This document shows, in pieces, positions 32,941 to 46,382 of a stretch of DNA of 64,000 nucleotides. The stretch lies in the NCBI RefSeq assembly GCF_009914755.1, contig NC_060934.1; one strand, written 5' to 3'. The position numbers and the translations under genes are program-made. The first letter of the stretch is position 1, and each line of letters begins with the position of its first letter. This stretch comes from the human T2T-CHM13v2.0 reference genome, Homo sapiens. Below the pieces are notes generated by a model. It was not told where the DNA came from, ran no database searches, and saw only the letters and a program-made list of their open reading frames with translations.

Positions 32941-34885
32941 ACATGCAGAAAACCGTAGCAAAAACTGTACCTGTCCCATAAACATCAGAGGCAGCTAGAA
33001 ACATCAAAAGTGTTTGATCACTCAGAAAGGCCTAAATATCTAATTGACAATCTAATTAAAGAAGTGGCAGAGACATGTATTTTGAACTCTGTCTTCTCGG
33101 TGAAAGCGAAGTAGAGTCTAGGGGATTTTCAAACCCTATATGTAAATTCCTTTGATACCTTCGTAATGTCTGTCTATCTGCCTCCTCACCTCCACTGCCC
33201 CCAGACACACACACTTCTCCATATAACACATGACTCAGTACCTGGTGCACAGGCACTAAATACATATGAATAACCAACTGCACTTCTGCATTCCCCCACC
33301 AATCTTAACACTGCCTGTGGCAATAGCCATTTCAGCCAAGAACCAGTACTGAGCGTCCAGAACTCCAACCTTGATTTTGTGATGTATTTTAAGAAATACT
33401 ATGGTTCATTCTTATACTTTACTTTAGTCCTCAAAACTATGCTGATTTTTTTCCCCAACAATTCTTACTCCTTCTCAGAACGCACCACAACACCTGATGA
33501 CAAGAATTGGGCCAAGAATACAGCAATCCACAAAGTCTTGTGGCCTTGACGCCCCTTCTTGGGAGAGCTGGAAAGCAGCCATGGTACTGCCAGCTGAGCA
33601 ACCCGACCTGGGAATGTATCTGCCCCTGAAGTGTGATTTCTCACCTGTGTTCATGTGACCACTGGGATGTGGCCTTTCTACAAGGTGCTTTCATACCACC
33701 TGGCTTCCTTCTTAAATACTGCTCATTCCAAGCATTTCTTGGGATGGAACTTCCTCAGCACATATGTCGGGTTTATCTCTAACCTGGGCCAACCTGTGTT
33801 TTCATTAAAAACACATAATTTAGAAGAGCAGGCAGATTAACACCTGATCTTTACTCAATATTATAAACCTCACACATCCCAACACAGAGGATAACCATCG
33901 GGGTGCCCTAACACTCAGTAAATGCCAAGTGGCCCACGGCAGGCCTTGGCTAAGGATGGTTCATCCACTTCATTATCAGGAAAATGCTGTGGTTCTCCCC
34001 TGCTGCTAGGTATGTGTTCATGGTTCTCTATGCAGGCCACTGATTTTTTTTCCCACATATGTATTTTGGGGAATTTGAAGCTAACGAGGAAGCCAGATGT
34101 GGTGCCTGAGCTAACACTTCCACGTGTATTTGTTCCTAATATCTAAGAACCAACATAAGAATAGGCTATGAAATGCTTAAATAGATGGAAAAGTCATGAG
34201 ACCAGGGAAGAGTAAGAAAACCTGACAGAGTTTAACTTCTCTTATTCTTGGTTATTACCTGAATTTTTATTTTTAAACTACAAAGCTTAAAATTCATGAA
34301 TAATACAGGAAATCTGTAAAATGCCATTTTTCAGGAATAAGCAGGACATTAAAATGCAAATTGCAGTTCTACACACAGCGGTACTCAACGTGACAAATTA
34401 AGCTCTTCCTATTCCTTGTCTTGACATTTGCCTTCAAGATGTTTGTTCAATGTAGAGAGAAAGCAAGAGGGCAAGAGGGAGAATCAGACAGGATGAGTGG
34501 TGATACCTCCAGGAGACCAGCCCCATGTAAGAGGTGCCCAAGGCATGAAAGGTCTTCATGGACGCCTTCCTCTCTGGCACAATACGTGGGAAAAAATCAT
34601 CGTCTGCGTTACTGCATTTTCTCAGGAAGATCTTCTTAGGAAAATGGCATACTTTAATAATAAGATACCTCTTTAGAATGAGTAGGACAGAAATCTAGAA
34701 GAAAGTGAGTAAACTAGAAAGCTTCTGAGCTCCTGTTAGACCCTTACTTCCACACATCACTCACTCAGGTAGATTCACAAAGCCATCCTCTAACCGTGCC
34801 TTATTCATTCAACATATTTACTAAAGAGGAGGGCCTACTACGTGCCAGACACACTGGGGATACATCAGTAAATAATAAGACAAAC

Positions 34886-35190
34886 CGCTGGGCACAGTGG
34901 GTCACGCCTGTAATCCCAGCACTTTGGGAGGCCAAGGTGGGTGGATCACAAGGTCAGGAGTTCAAGACCATCCTGGGCAATATGGTGAAACCCCGTCTCT
35001 ATTAAAAATACAAAAATTAGCTGTGTGTGGTGGCACGCACCTGTACTCCCAGCTACTCGGGAGACAGAGACAGGAGAATCACTTGAACCCAGGAGGCAGA
35101 GGTTGCAGTGAGGGAGATGGGATCACGCCACTGCACTCCAGCCTGGGTTATGGAGCAAGACTCCATCTCAAAAAAAATAAAAATAAAAAA
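34886..35190 (+). mobile_element. AluS
   Basis: Full dimer, TSD aataataagacaaa. Confidence 0.92.
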
Positions 35191-35259
35191 AATAATAAGA
35201 CAAAGCTCACTACCTTCACTGGACTTACGTGCTGGTAGCTGTGGGTGGGGATTTACGTC

Positions 35260-35545
35260 AGCTATAGTGCTAAGTGCTTTACATATTTAACTCATGTAAT
35301 CCTCACACCAGCCATATGAAGGAGGTAATATTATCATTCATATTTTAGAGATGAGAAATTGTAAATGAATGAGGAATTGTAAATGAAATGTGAATATTAC
35401 TATTCACATTTTACAGATGACAAAGCTGAGGCACAAAGAAGTGAAGTAATTTAGCTAGTAAACTAGCAAATGAACAAGCTGGGATGTGAAACCAGGGACT
35501 CTGTCTCCAGAATGCGCATGTTAAACCACTTTATTAGACTGCCTC
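35260..35545 (-). mobile_element. MIR with internal tandem duplication
   Basis: cattttacagatgacaaagctgaggcacaaagaagtgaagtaattt core. Confidence 0.75.
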
Positions 35546-35762
35546 TCTTATGACCTCTTCCGCTTGCTCCCTTGCTATTTCTGTATAACAATAAGAGTAT
35601 ATTCTCCCAAAGTCAGGATCTGAGGCCTAGTTGTCTTCGTAACCCACTACTCACAACCCCTGTAGGGTCCGGTTCGTAAGTGTTAAATAGATATTAAATA
35701 AATGATTTGCCTTTGATTATTAAATTACCCTTACCCTGAGCCGGAGCTGCAACAGTGGGTGT

Positions 35763-35781
35763 TAGCACCATCTAGTGGAGA
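35763..35781 (-). promoter_or_regulatory. CTCF core motif
   Basis: Minus strand TCTCCACTAGATGGTGCTA, close to the CTCF consensus CCACYAGRKGGCRC; motif only, no binding data. Confidence 0.55.
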
Positions 35782-37429
35782 AAGGCCTGGCAAGGAAGAC
35801 TGCCATTATGGAATGGTTGACAGCCAGCAAGGGATTATAGCAATTACCTGGGTAACTCAGGTAAACATCTTCATGTAGGTGCTTTGCCATCATTCTGCAG
35901 ACCTCTGACAGCTGATCTGATAACCCCCCAGATTTACCAAAAACGAAACACCTAGTACATAAACAGTATTCCAAGCCCAAAATAGATCCAGCTTTGGTAT
36001 TTTTAAGGAATTACCAAAGAACACTTTAAACGGAGCTCTTCTGGAAAATCCATGATTATGGTCACAATACAATAGGGATGATCTCAACTTCTTACAGGAA
36101 AGGCCTACATATATACATCTACAAATAACTGCACTAAACTTGTTAAAGCAAATAAGATCAATCATTCGGAGACCAAGAATTAGAATGGATCCAGATATAA
36201 AGCTTAAAAGAAAATGGTTATTCCTAATCCCTACAGCTACTGGAACTCAACTCTCTTTGCACATTCTTTTACTAAATATTAGCTAATTGTGATATCAATG
36301 TATCAGTATGACATAAGATTAAACAATGGCTCTACCTATACTTTGTTTAGAGTAAAACAAAACAAAAATTTTGAATGTACTTCATATAAGACCTCTTAGA
36401 AAAACAAGAAAAATAAAGGAGCATTTTATTTCAGTTAGTCATGTTTAGTTACTTTTCCCCTTTGACAAAAAGCAAAGAAAAACAGAAGAGAGGAGGTTGA
36501 TGAAAAAATTCAGGGAAATAGAGTAACAGGCCAAAGTGGAGAAGACAGAAAGTGTCTGCACTTCTAGTCCCCACTTCATAGCCTAGCAAACTCCTATTTA
36601 TCCCTTAAGACCTTGCTCAAGTGTCACCTCTACTGTAAGGTCCTTCCTATCTGCACCCCACCCCAGCTACTTACTCCCATTATCGCGATCCCCTAGCACT
36701 TGATCCATAACACTATGATGCAATATAATGTTATATTGTCATCGTGCACCAACTTATCCTTCTTCAACAGAGATGATGGGGACTTTCTTAAGTTTCTCAG
36801 TATATCTACTGGCTAACTGACTACTGAAACCAGAAGTAAATAATGATCCTTTGAAACAAATACCATTTCCTTCCTCCTTCTATGCTCTGCATTGTTATAC
36901 CACAAAAAGCTCCTGAAAGTAGCATAAATTCTCAAGCAATTCTCAAGGCCTCTGCTTTGACTCTTTTGTGATTTTTTTTGCCTACATGGTCTTCACAACT
37001 AGTCTTCTCAAGACACAAAATCAACAATCATTGAAGTGTAAAGAAGAAAAAATAACAAGGTCTCTGGTTTTAAATGCTATTTTTTTCTCTTCTGCCCACA
37101 ATAAAACTGTGTCAGGAGGGATATGCCACACACACATCAGTGCATCTGCCTGAACTGAAAAGAAGGTGGAAAGGTTCACTGGGAAAATCAAATGTTCTTT
37201 ATAAATCCAAGTGCCGAGACATGATCTGTTTCTTTAAATGCTGTTAGCAAATGTACTGCTGAAGGTTAACAGACAATTAAGAATCATCATAGTTCTATGA
37301 AAATGATAAACAAAACAGAAAGATCAGCCTTTCGTGATTGCATAAAATCAGCCACAATCAAACAAAAAAAAATCACTAGGGAAAGCACTGCACTTGCTGA
37401 ATGCATTATGATGGTATACTGTCTGTGGT

Positions 37430-37630
37430 GGCTAAACATTTGGATTTGGGGAGGTCCAGAGCGCCAGATTTCAAATCCATGTTCTGCAGTGGATAAGCTG
37501 GGTGACCTTGAACATATTATGTAATCTCTTTATGCCTCAGTTTTCTTATCTGTAAAATGGAAATAATAATAGTACCATCCTGGGTTTGTTATGAGCAGAG
37601 TGCCTAGCATGCAAAAAGCGTTCCATAAAG
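37430..37630 (+). mobile_element. MIR
   Basis: ggtgaccttgaac...tgcctcagttttcttatctgtaaaatggaaataataatagtac core. Confidence 0.8.
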
Positions 37631-40240
37631 ATTCATTCATTTCATTATTTCATTTCATTTTTTCAAGAAAATATCTACTTAGTGCACACCCTACACATTG
37701 TACTGGAAACTTTCATATACATCATCGCAGTTCAAATCTAGAAAAATGAAAGAGTTAGACACAATGTACCTTCCCAGTGCTAACATCCTTTTATCCTAGT
37801 CATGTGGAATGAAAATGTGTTTCCAGGGTTCAGCAAACATTTGATTCAAGTTTCATTGCTAAACATATTAATCATTTTTAAAACTGGAATAAAAAGTATT
37901 ACCCACACTTGAGTTCTTTATCAAATTTTAATACAAGGGAGACCCCAAATGACTTAATTTGTGCTGCCTGGTTAACTTTGCTTTTTTCTGGAGCCCTCAA
38001 AATAAAACTTTGCAGTGGATATATTTGAACTCCTTAAAAATGTGACACCGATTAACAAGACTGCAGGTCTTTTTCTGTTTTGATTTGTTCTTTTAATTCA
38101 GACCTGTATATGTCTATTCACATAAAATCATACAAGTGAATACAATCCTCTGGCATTTGTGTGTTCCACTCAATTAAGTGACAGGATACATTCATATGGT
38201 ATTTTCTGCCAAACGGTGACAAATTAAACTAGCTGATGAATCCGTTAATTGACTCTCTAAACTGAACATTTAACAATTAATAACTGCATGCACTTGTTAC
38301 TTGCTGTGATTTTAATTTGAAACAAGCATTTCCTAGCCTTTTGAGCTACTGTTTCAGTTAAATTGAAGAAGAAGCTATTTAAAAATACTGTATCAGTTAC
38401 ACTAAAGAGCAAGCTATTTTAAAAAATACTGCCATTTGTAACTACTCATCCATGTAAATCTAGATTTTCTCAATATTATGCAGAGAGAGAGAGAGAAAGG
38501 GAGATTGAGGGAGAGGAAAAGACAGAAAAAGAGAGTAAGAGAGAGAGAAAATTACATTGGATGCTTAGACTGATGTGACTACAACTGTCTTCCATAAACA
38601 ACAATTTCACAGGAAGTTTGTTAAATCAGCCTCATTGCTCTTTTGAATGGCAGTAAGAATCAAATCTCACAAATTTGAACTAATAAATTCATACAAATAA
38701 AACACTCCCCTTCATCTCTTCCATATATTTTTATCAATCCTACATATATATTTCATTTTGAAAAGGGGCAGGGTTCAGAAAACTTTGTCCTAAGCCCTTC
38801 TCTATTGTGAGAAATTACCATGGGCCAGTAACTGTTATAATTTCTAGGTGGGACACAAACTCAAAAAAATTATCAAATACCTGAACACAAGAAGGTTTAC
38901 ATTTAGAGAATACAGATATATATATATATTTAGAATGAGACAAATGTGGAAAGTGCCATCAAAGTGTATGTGTGTATGTACACATAAATAATGTATATTA
39001 TACACAATACCTAAAGCAGTGAGGGGGAGTTAGATTGGGGGTGAGTAATTTCAACTGGGAAGTTAAAGAAAGGTTATATGGATAACCTAATACTGAAGTT
39101 GCACATTGAACACTGAACAGAATTCAACAAGAGGACTAAGTGTAAAAGACCACAGAAAGATTCAGAGGTAGGAGATTGAAAATGTTCAAAAAAGATGAGT
39201 GCCCCAGGTGTATGTAAGCATTTTAGTTTGTGTGCATTGAAGGGGGAAGAGGAGCGGGCAATGGCAAGGCTAGCCTAAATTAAAATGTCATAGCCCCCAA
39301 AATTGCACTTAGAATAAACACATATACTATGTCAAATGAGCCCAGAGAAGAATTTTTAAGGTTAATTGTGTTTATGATCCCTCCAAGTGTTTTATTTCAC
39401 TTGGATACGATTACAATTTCTAGTAAGTTGAAGCTGAATAATTTTCCATTTTATCACTATCATCTTTCTTAACAATTTCTCACAAACATGAAAATTATTC
39501 CATTATTTGACAGGGGTTTTGGCTCCTCAAGTATGAAATATCTAGGCACAGCTGTTTCTTACAGTTCTTTGGGATTTACCTGGGAAATCTCCAAATCTGT
39601 TTTCAGTATACTACAAAAAGACATCAGGAAATTAAAGAGCAGTAAAAAGAGCAGAAAATCTTGTGGCTCAAACTCCTCGTTTTCAGAAGCATTTACCACG
39701 CAGAAAGATTAGGTGACTCTGTTGCAAGGATGAAATAAAACAGAGTATGAAGCCACTTTATCAAAAACATGAAAAATTTTAAAAACTGTTCACACAAGTT
39801 CATTATACAATCTCTGAATGACAAAAACATAATTATGAATCCATGAATCAAATTTTCAAATTTCTTGCCTTCCAGTCCAACATCACCCATGTATAAGGCA
39901 AAGTAGTGCGAGTTAAAAATAAGATAACAACAAGTTTATAGTTCTAAAGCCTTCAGCGTCTAATTGGGTAAATGAAGAATACAGCCTGTAATAGGACTCT
40001 TTTGGGTTTGTTTGTGGGTTTTCATTGTTTTGTTGGGGTTTTTTTGTTTTGTTTTTGGTTTGGTTTTTTTTGGCTGCAGCTATACCAGCAGGAATTAATC
40101 ATAATTCTTGATTTATAGCATATTATAAACATATCTTTTTCATAGGATTTTTCAATGGTTACACTTTTAAATATATATATTTCAACTGTACATTATATAT
40201 ATACACAAGAGAGCTTTTTTATAAGTTGTAAAGAGATTAT

Positions 40241-40460
40241 GGATGGTCCCTAACTAACTACGGCTTGACTTACCATTTTTCAACTTTACCATTCGGTATG
40301 CTCCTCAACTTACAATGGGGTTACATGTGGATAAAACTATCATAAGTTGAAAATATCATTACATTGAAAATATACTTTCAGCTTTCCATTTTTACATCTA
40401 AAATGGAAAGGCTTATCTAATAAGGGTTCTGATAAACCCTTAAAATGGATTTATCAGAAC
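40241..40460. mobile_element. Tigger4-like DNA transposon fragments
   Basis: gatggtccctaact...tgctcctcaacttacaatggggttacatg...cataagttgaaaatatc. Confidence 0.6.
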
Positions 40461-40469
40461 TTATCAGAA

Positions 40470-40970
40470 TGGAGAAAGAACAGTATTTCAACAACTGGTG
40501 CTGAGAAAACCATATATCCACATGCAAAAGAATACAGTTGGAGCCTTACCTTATACCACATGTGAAAATTAACGACAAAAAAAATGAACTGAAGACCTAA
40601 ATATAAGCCCTAAAACTATAAAACTCCTAAAAGAAAACATAAAGAAAAGCTTCATAACATTGGATTTGACAATGACTTCTTGGATATGACACCAAAGCAC
40701 AGGCAGCAAAAGCAAAAAATTAACAAATGTGAAGAAACAGAACTTTAAAACATCTGTGAATCAAAGAAAACAATCAAGAGGGTGCAAAGGCAACCCATGG
40801 AATGAGAGAAAATATTTTCAAATCATTTATTCAATAGAATTAATATCCAGAATATATTCCGGATAAGAACTTCTACAACTCAACAAGAAAAAAGCAAATA
40901 ACCCAATTTAAAAATGGGCAAAGGGCTTACATAGACATTTCTGAAAAGAAGATACACAAATCTCCAATAA
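40470..40970 (+). mobile_element. Old L1M ORF2 fragment
   Basis: tcaacaactggtgctgagaaaacc...aaaactataaaactcctaaaagaaaacata...aaatgggcaaagg. Confidence 0.85.
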
Positions 40971-41280
40971 TCATAATTATGATAGGGTAGAGAGGTGAAA
41001 ATCACAATAACATACGGGCAGAACTTGAAAATCAACTAAAGGAATCATTAATAACCATAGAAGAGGATAATTCCAGGAATGCAAGAAGAGTTTAATATTG
41101 GGAAATTACTTATAGTAGTACATCAATATTTCTAATTATATATATATATATTTAGTATAGATAGTGAAAATAAATTTAATATTATTTTTAAAAAAACAAT
41201 TTTTAAGAAAGCTCAAAAAAAAAAAAAAAAGATCACCTTGGAATTACAGACAAGTGTACAATGTACCTCAACTAAGACAC

Positions 41281-41809
41281 TGTATTAGTCAGGGTTCTCT
41301 AGAGGGGCAGAACTAATAGGATGGCTGTATATATGAAGGGGAGTTTATTAAGGAGTATTGACACACACGATCACAAGGCGAAATCCCACAATAGGCTATC
41401 TGCAAGGTGAGGAGCAAGGAAGCCAGTCTGAGTCCCCAAACCTCAAAAATAGGGAAGCTCGACAGTGCAGCTTTCAGTCTGTGGCTGAAGGCCCAAGAGC
41501 CCCTGACAAATCACTGGTGTCCAAAAGCTGAAGAACTTGGAGTCTGATGTTCAAGGGCAAGAAGCATGAGGCATGGGAGAAAGATGAAGGCTGGAAGACT
41601 CAGCAAGTCTAGTCCTTCCAACTTCTTCTGCCTGCTTTATTCTAGCCACACTGGCAGCTGATTAGATGGTGCCCAGCCAGTTGAGGGTGGGTCTGCCTCT
41701 CCCAGTCCACTGACTCAAATGTTAATCTCCTTTGGCAACACAGATACACCCAGGAAAAAATACTTTGCATCCTTCAATCCAATCAAATTGACACTCAATA
41801 TTAACCATA
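41281..41809 (-). mobile_element. MLT2A (MLT2A2-like) HERV-L solo LTR
   Basis: tgtattagtcagggttctctagagg...caatccaatcaaattgacactcaatattaaccat. Confidence 0.9.
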
Positions 41810-41829
41810 TTTAAACCATATAACCAATA

Positions 41830-42709
41830 TTAACAGACACAAACACACACATTAGCCTCGGCCTACACAGGGTCAGGATCATCAATATCACTGTCTTCCA
41901 CTTCCACATCTTGTCCCACTGGAAGGTAGGTGTTCGGGGCACCAACATACAAGGAGCCGTCATCTCTTGCGATAAAAAATAGCTCCTTCTTGAATACCTC
42001 CTTAAGGACCTGCCTGAGATTATTTTACAGTTAACTTGTTTTCTATAAGTAGAAGGAGTACACTCTAAAATAACAATTAGAAGTATAGTATAGTAAACAT
42101 ACAAACCAGCAACATAATTGTTTATCATTATCAAGTACTATGTACTATACATAATTTTTATTTTTGTTTTCTGCTTTTTTAAATTTTTTTGAGACAGGAT
42201 CTTGCTCAATCACACAGGCTGGAGTGCAGTGGTGCAGTCATGGCTCACTGCAGCCTCAACCTTCTGGGCTCAAGAATCAAGCAAGTCTCTCACCTCAGCC
42301 TCCCAAGTAACTGGGACTAAAGGTGCACACCACCACACCTGGCTATTTTTTTATTATTATTTGTAGGGATAGGGTCTCCCTGTGTTGCCTAAGCTGATCT
42401 CAAACTCCTGGGCTCAAGCAATCCTCCTACCTCAGCCTCCCAAAGTTCTGAGAACAGGCATGAACCACTGCACCCAGCCTATACATAATTGTATGTGTTA
42501 TACTTTTACACAACTGGCAGTGAAGTAGGTTAATTTACACCGGCATCACCACAAACACGTGAGTAAGGCATTGTGCTATGACGTAAAGATGGCTACAACA
42601 TCAGAAATCACTAGGAACTTTTCAGCTCCATCATAATCTTATGGAACCACTGTTATACATGTGGTCTGTCATTGACCGAAAAAGCATTACTCAGCAGCGC
42701 ATGACAGTA
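41830..42709. mobile_element. Tigger3 (MER7/Golem) interrupted by an AluJ
   Basis: cattagcctcggcctacacagggtcaggatcatcaatatcac; TIR-like gcgcatgacag-ta at the right end. Confidence 0.85.
42157..42479 (-). mobile_element. AluJ
   Basis: Antisense dimer with ctgggctcaag diagnostics; TSD tatacataatt. Confidence 0.9.
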
Positions 42710-43284
42710 TATACATTTTCTTTATCCATTCATCTGTTGTGGGGCATTTAGGTTGTTTCTATGTCTTGGCTATTGTGGATAATGCTGCAATGAACATGAG
42801 ATTGCAGATATCTCATCAACATACTGATTTACCTTCCTTTGGGTATATACCAGTAGTAGGATTGCTGGATCATATGGTAGTTCTATTTTTAATTTTTTGA
42901 GAAACCCCCATACTTTTTTCCATAATAACTGTGTCAATTTACAAACCAACAACAATGCACAAGGATTCTCTTTTCTCCTAAATAAAAAACAAGATAGGAA
43001 ACTATAACTACAGCACAAACTCACTTTTCATAAACATTTATACGTACGGAAAAAAATTAGCACCTCCTTCTACCATGTCCACCACCACTTTCTAAGGAGA
43101 GTAATGACAGAAGTACAAAAATTTAGAGGCTCTCTGAATGATAACAATGAAACAAATGATAAAGGTAGAAGACATTATCAGTTTAGGTGTGAAACTAGAA
43201 GTAAGAAGACAGGAGATGGCAAGATAGGAGTCTACAAAAGCAAGAGGAAGATTTAAAGAAAAATGCTCTGAATTAGCATAAAGT

Positions 43285-43922
43285 TGTAAACCCAAAAGTT
43301 ATCTGAAACAGGTCTCAATCAATTTAGAAGGTTTGCTTTGCCAAGGTTAAAAATACATCCATGACACAGCCTCAGGAGGTCCTAATGACATGTGCCCAGG
43401 GTGTTTGGGGTACAGCTTGCCTTTATACATTAAGGAAGACATAACACATCAATCAATACATGTAAGATTTACATTGGTACATTGGAAGGGCGGGACAACT
43501 TGAAGCTTGCAGGGATCTGTGGGGGTTGAGGGGTGTTTCCACGTCATAGACAGATTTTAACATGTTCTGATTGGCAATTGGTTGAAAAGGTTATTATCAA
43601 TAGAAAGGAACGTCTGGGTTATCATAAGGAGTTATAGAGAGCAAGGTTTTATCACGCAGATGAAGCCTCCAGGTAGCAGGCTTCAGAGACAATAGATTGT
43701 ATAAATGTTTCTAATCAGACTTATTATCTGTGTTGACGTTAATGCTGGTCAGCTTTTCCTGAATTCCAAAAGGGAGGAAGGTATAATGAGGCATGTCCAA
43801 CCTCCCCCTTCCTATCATGGCCTGAACTGGTTTTTCAGGTTAACTTTGGATGCACTTGGCCAAGGAGGGAGGGTTCCATTCAGATGGCTGGGGGAATCTC
43901 AGGATTTTATTTTTGGCTGACA
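43285..43922 (-). mobile_element. MER4A/MER4A1 solo LTR
   Basis: tgtaaacccaaaagttatctgaaacaggtctcaatcaatttagaag...ttttatttttggctgaca matches the reverse complement of MER4A. Confidence 0.88.
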
Positions 43923-44147
43923 AGCAATAAATAGATGCAAGATACTGTCACAACTAACTGAATTATTCTATCAAGGAACAGAAGTCCCACAAAACAATGA
44001 GGAATGTATCAGGGAAACTGTTCCACAACACAAATGTTCCAACCTATGGATGTTTAAATAACAAAAGGTTGAAAAGAGTGAAATCTTTCAAAAGTAATTT
44101 GTGTGCTTTCCTGAATTCTGAAACAGCACTTACAAAACAAATTTTAG

Positions 44148-44400
44148 ACCAGGTGTGGTGGCTCAAACCTGTAATCTCAGCACTTTGAGGCCAGGAGTTC
44201 CAGAACACCCTGAGCAATATAGCCAGACCCTGTCTCTAAATAAGCCAGGTGTCGTGACAAGTGCCTGTAGGTCCCAGCTACTAGGGAGGCTAATGTGGAA
44301 GGATCACTTGAGCCTAGGAGTTTGAGGTTACAGTGAGCTATGATTGTGCCACTAGAGTCCAGCCTGCGTGACACAGCAAGACCCTGTCTCTAAAATGATT
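44148..44400 (+). mobile_element. AluJ with internal deletions
   Basis: ggatcacttgagcctaggagtttgaggttacagtgagctatg. Confidence 0.85.
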
Positions 44401-44413
44401 AAAAAACAGACAA

Positions 44414-44771
<358 letters not shown>

Positions 44772-45443
44772 CTATGATAAAGGTATGTCCTCAAAAGCAG
44801 CCAAATTTTCTAGGATTATTTCTCCAACACTGGGTCCAAATTTCTAGGTTTTTTTCATTTTTATGTGTTTTTCTGAAGCTTTTTATAGCTTTTATCTTAA
44901 ACACACTGAGTTTTAGAGCTGGAAGGGGCCTCAGAGACCAGTTCAACCCACACATTTTACGGAGAAGGAAACTATTTTCTTCCTCCACCATGAAGCTCTG
45001 GCTCCAATGTATTCCTGTTTTAATATGTCTATTGTGAGCAACTCATCTCCCTTTTCTAATTTTCTGCTTCTAATCTGACAACTGGGAAACCAGATAAGCA
45101 AACTTGTTAGAATTGTATCAAAAATAGCCATAATCTAAATGAAAAACTATTCTAAGAACAAAAAGTAAGAGTTTCAATGTTATTCTGTAGGGTCATACAT
45201 TGTGGTAACTTGAAGGCCTCTTTTCCATTCTTTGCATTTTGGGAAGGTGTTTACAAGACAATACTAAAGGTTTCCAGGACTTTCACATAAATGATGCTAA
45301 TTCTCTGAAAAGAAACTCTTCCCCTTATGGACTATGTGATCTTGAGTAAACTGTTCAATGGCTCTGAGTCTCTGTCTCCTCACATGTAAAAAAGAAATGA
45401 ATTATCAGGGTAGATAACTGTTTAATTCAATGAGGTCACATGC

Positions 45444-45819
45444 TGTCTTTGTTCATTTTGTGTTGCTATAACAGAATACCACAGACTGGATCATTTATAA
45501 AGAAAATACATTTATTTCTTAACAATTCTGGAGGCTAGGAAGTCCAAGGCTGAGGGACTCATATCTGGCAAGAGCCTTTCTGCTGCACCATTTCATGGCA
45601 GTAGACAAAAGGGCAAGAGAGCATAAGAGGGTAAAAGAGGGCAAGACAGGGTGGAACTCACTTTTATCAGGAGGCCACTCTTTCTATAATGGTATTAATT
45701 CACTGATGAGGGTAGATCCCTCATGGCCTAATCACCTCTTAGTGGTCCCACCTCTTAATACCATCAAAATGGCAAATAAATTTCAACAGAGTTTTGGAGG
45801 GAACATTCAAACCACAGCA
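45444..45819 (-). mobile_element. MST (MSTD/MSTB-like) MaLR solo LTR
   Basis: tgtc...ttgctataacagaataccacagactgg...cattcaaaccacagca; TSD catgc/tatgc. Confidence 0.85.
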
Positions 45820-46121
45820 TATGCTTTAAAGAAGGCTAAAAAAATGGGAGTTGTTGTTTTATCTCCACTTCTTCTCAAGCAGCAGAAGAAGCCATGTTTG
45901 CAAAAGCTAATACTATCTTCATGTTATGTAGCTCATTCAGGACTGGGTACAATCCTACTCAAAGCAATATTGGGTTTTCCACAGGAATTCTCAAAAGTAG
46001 ATGTCATTAGAATCACCTAGGAGCTTTAAAAACTCCTATAGCCTAAGCCCCACTTGCAGATAGTCTGGTTAAATTGGACTGGGTTGGGTCCCAGGTATAG
46101 GTACTTTTTAATATATCCCCA

Positions 46122-46382
46122 GGCTGGACACACTGACTCATGCCTGGTGCTGGGAGGCCAAGGAGGGAGGATCACTTGAGCCCAAGAGTTCAAGGCCAAC
46201 CTGGGCAACATACTGAAACCCCCATCTCTACAAAACTAAAAAAATTTAGCCAAGTGTGGTGGCACATGCCTGAGTCCCAGCAACTCAGGGACCAAGGTGG
46301 GAGGATCTCTTTAGCCCAGGAGGTTGAGGCTGTAGTGAGCTGTGATCATACATGCACTCCAGCCTGGGTGACAGAGTAAGAC
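46122..46382 (+). mobile_element. AluJ inserted in a MER5-like element, 3' end interrupted by LTR8
   Basis: AluJ diagnostics; TSD atcccca at 46115-46121 and 47062-47068. Confidence 0.85.

Noticed and set aside
39488-39890. 74-aa and 65-aa ORFs around the candidate exon
   Set aside because: Short, no recognisable similarity; only the splice-like signals were kept as a low-confidence finding
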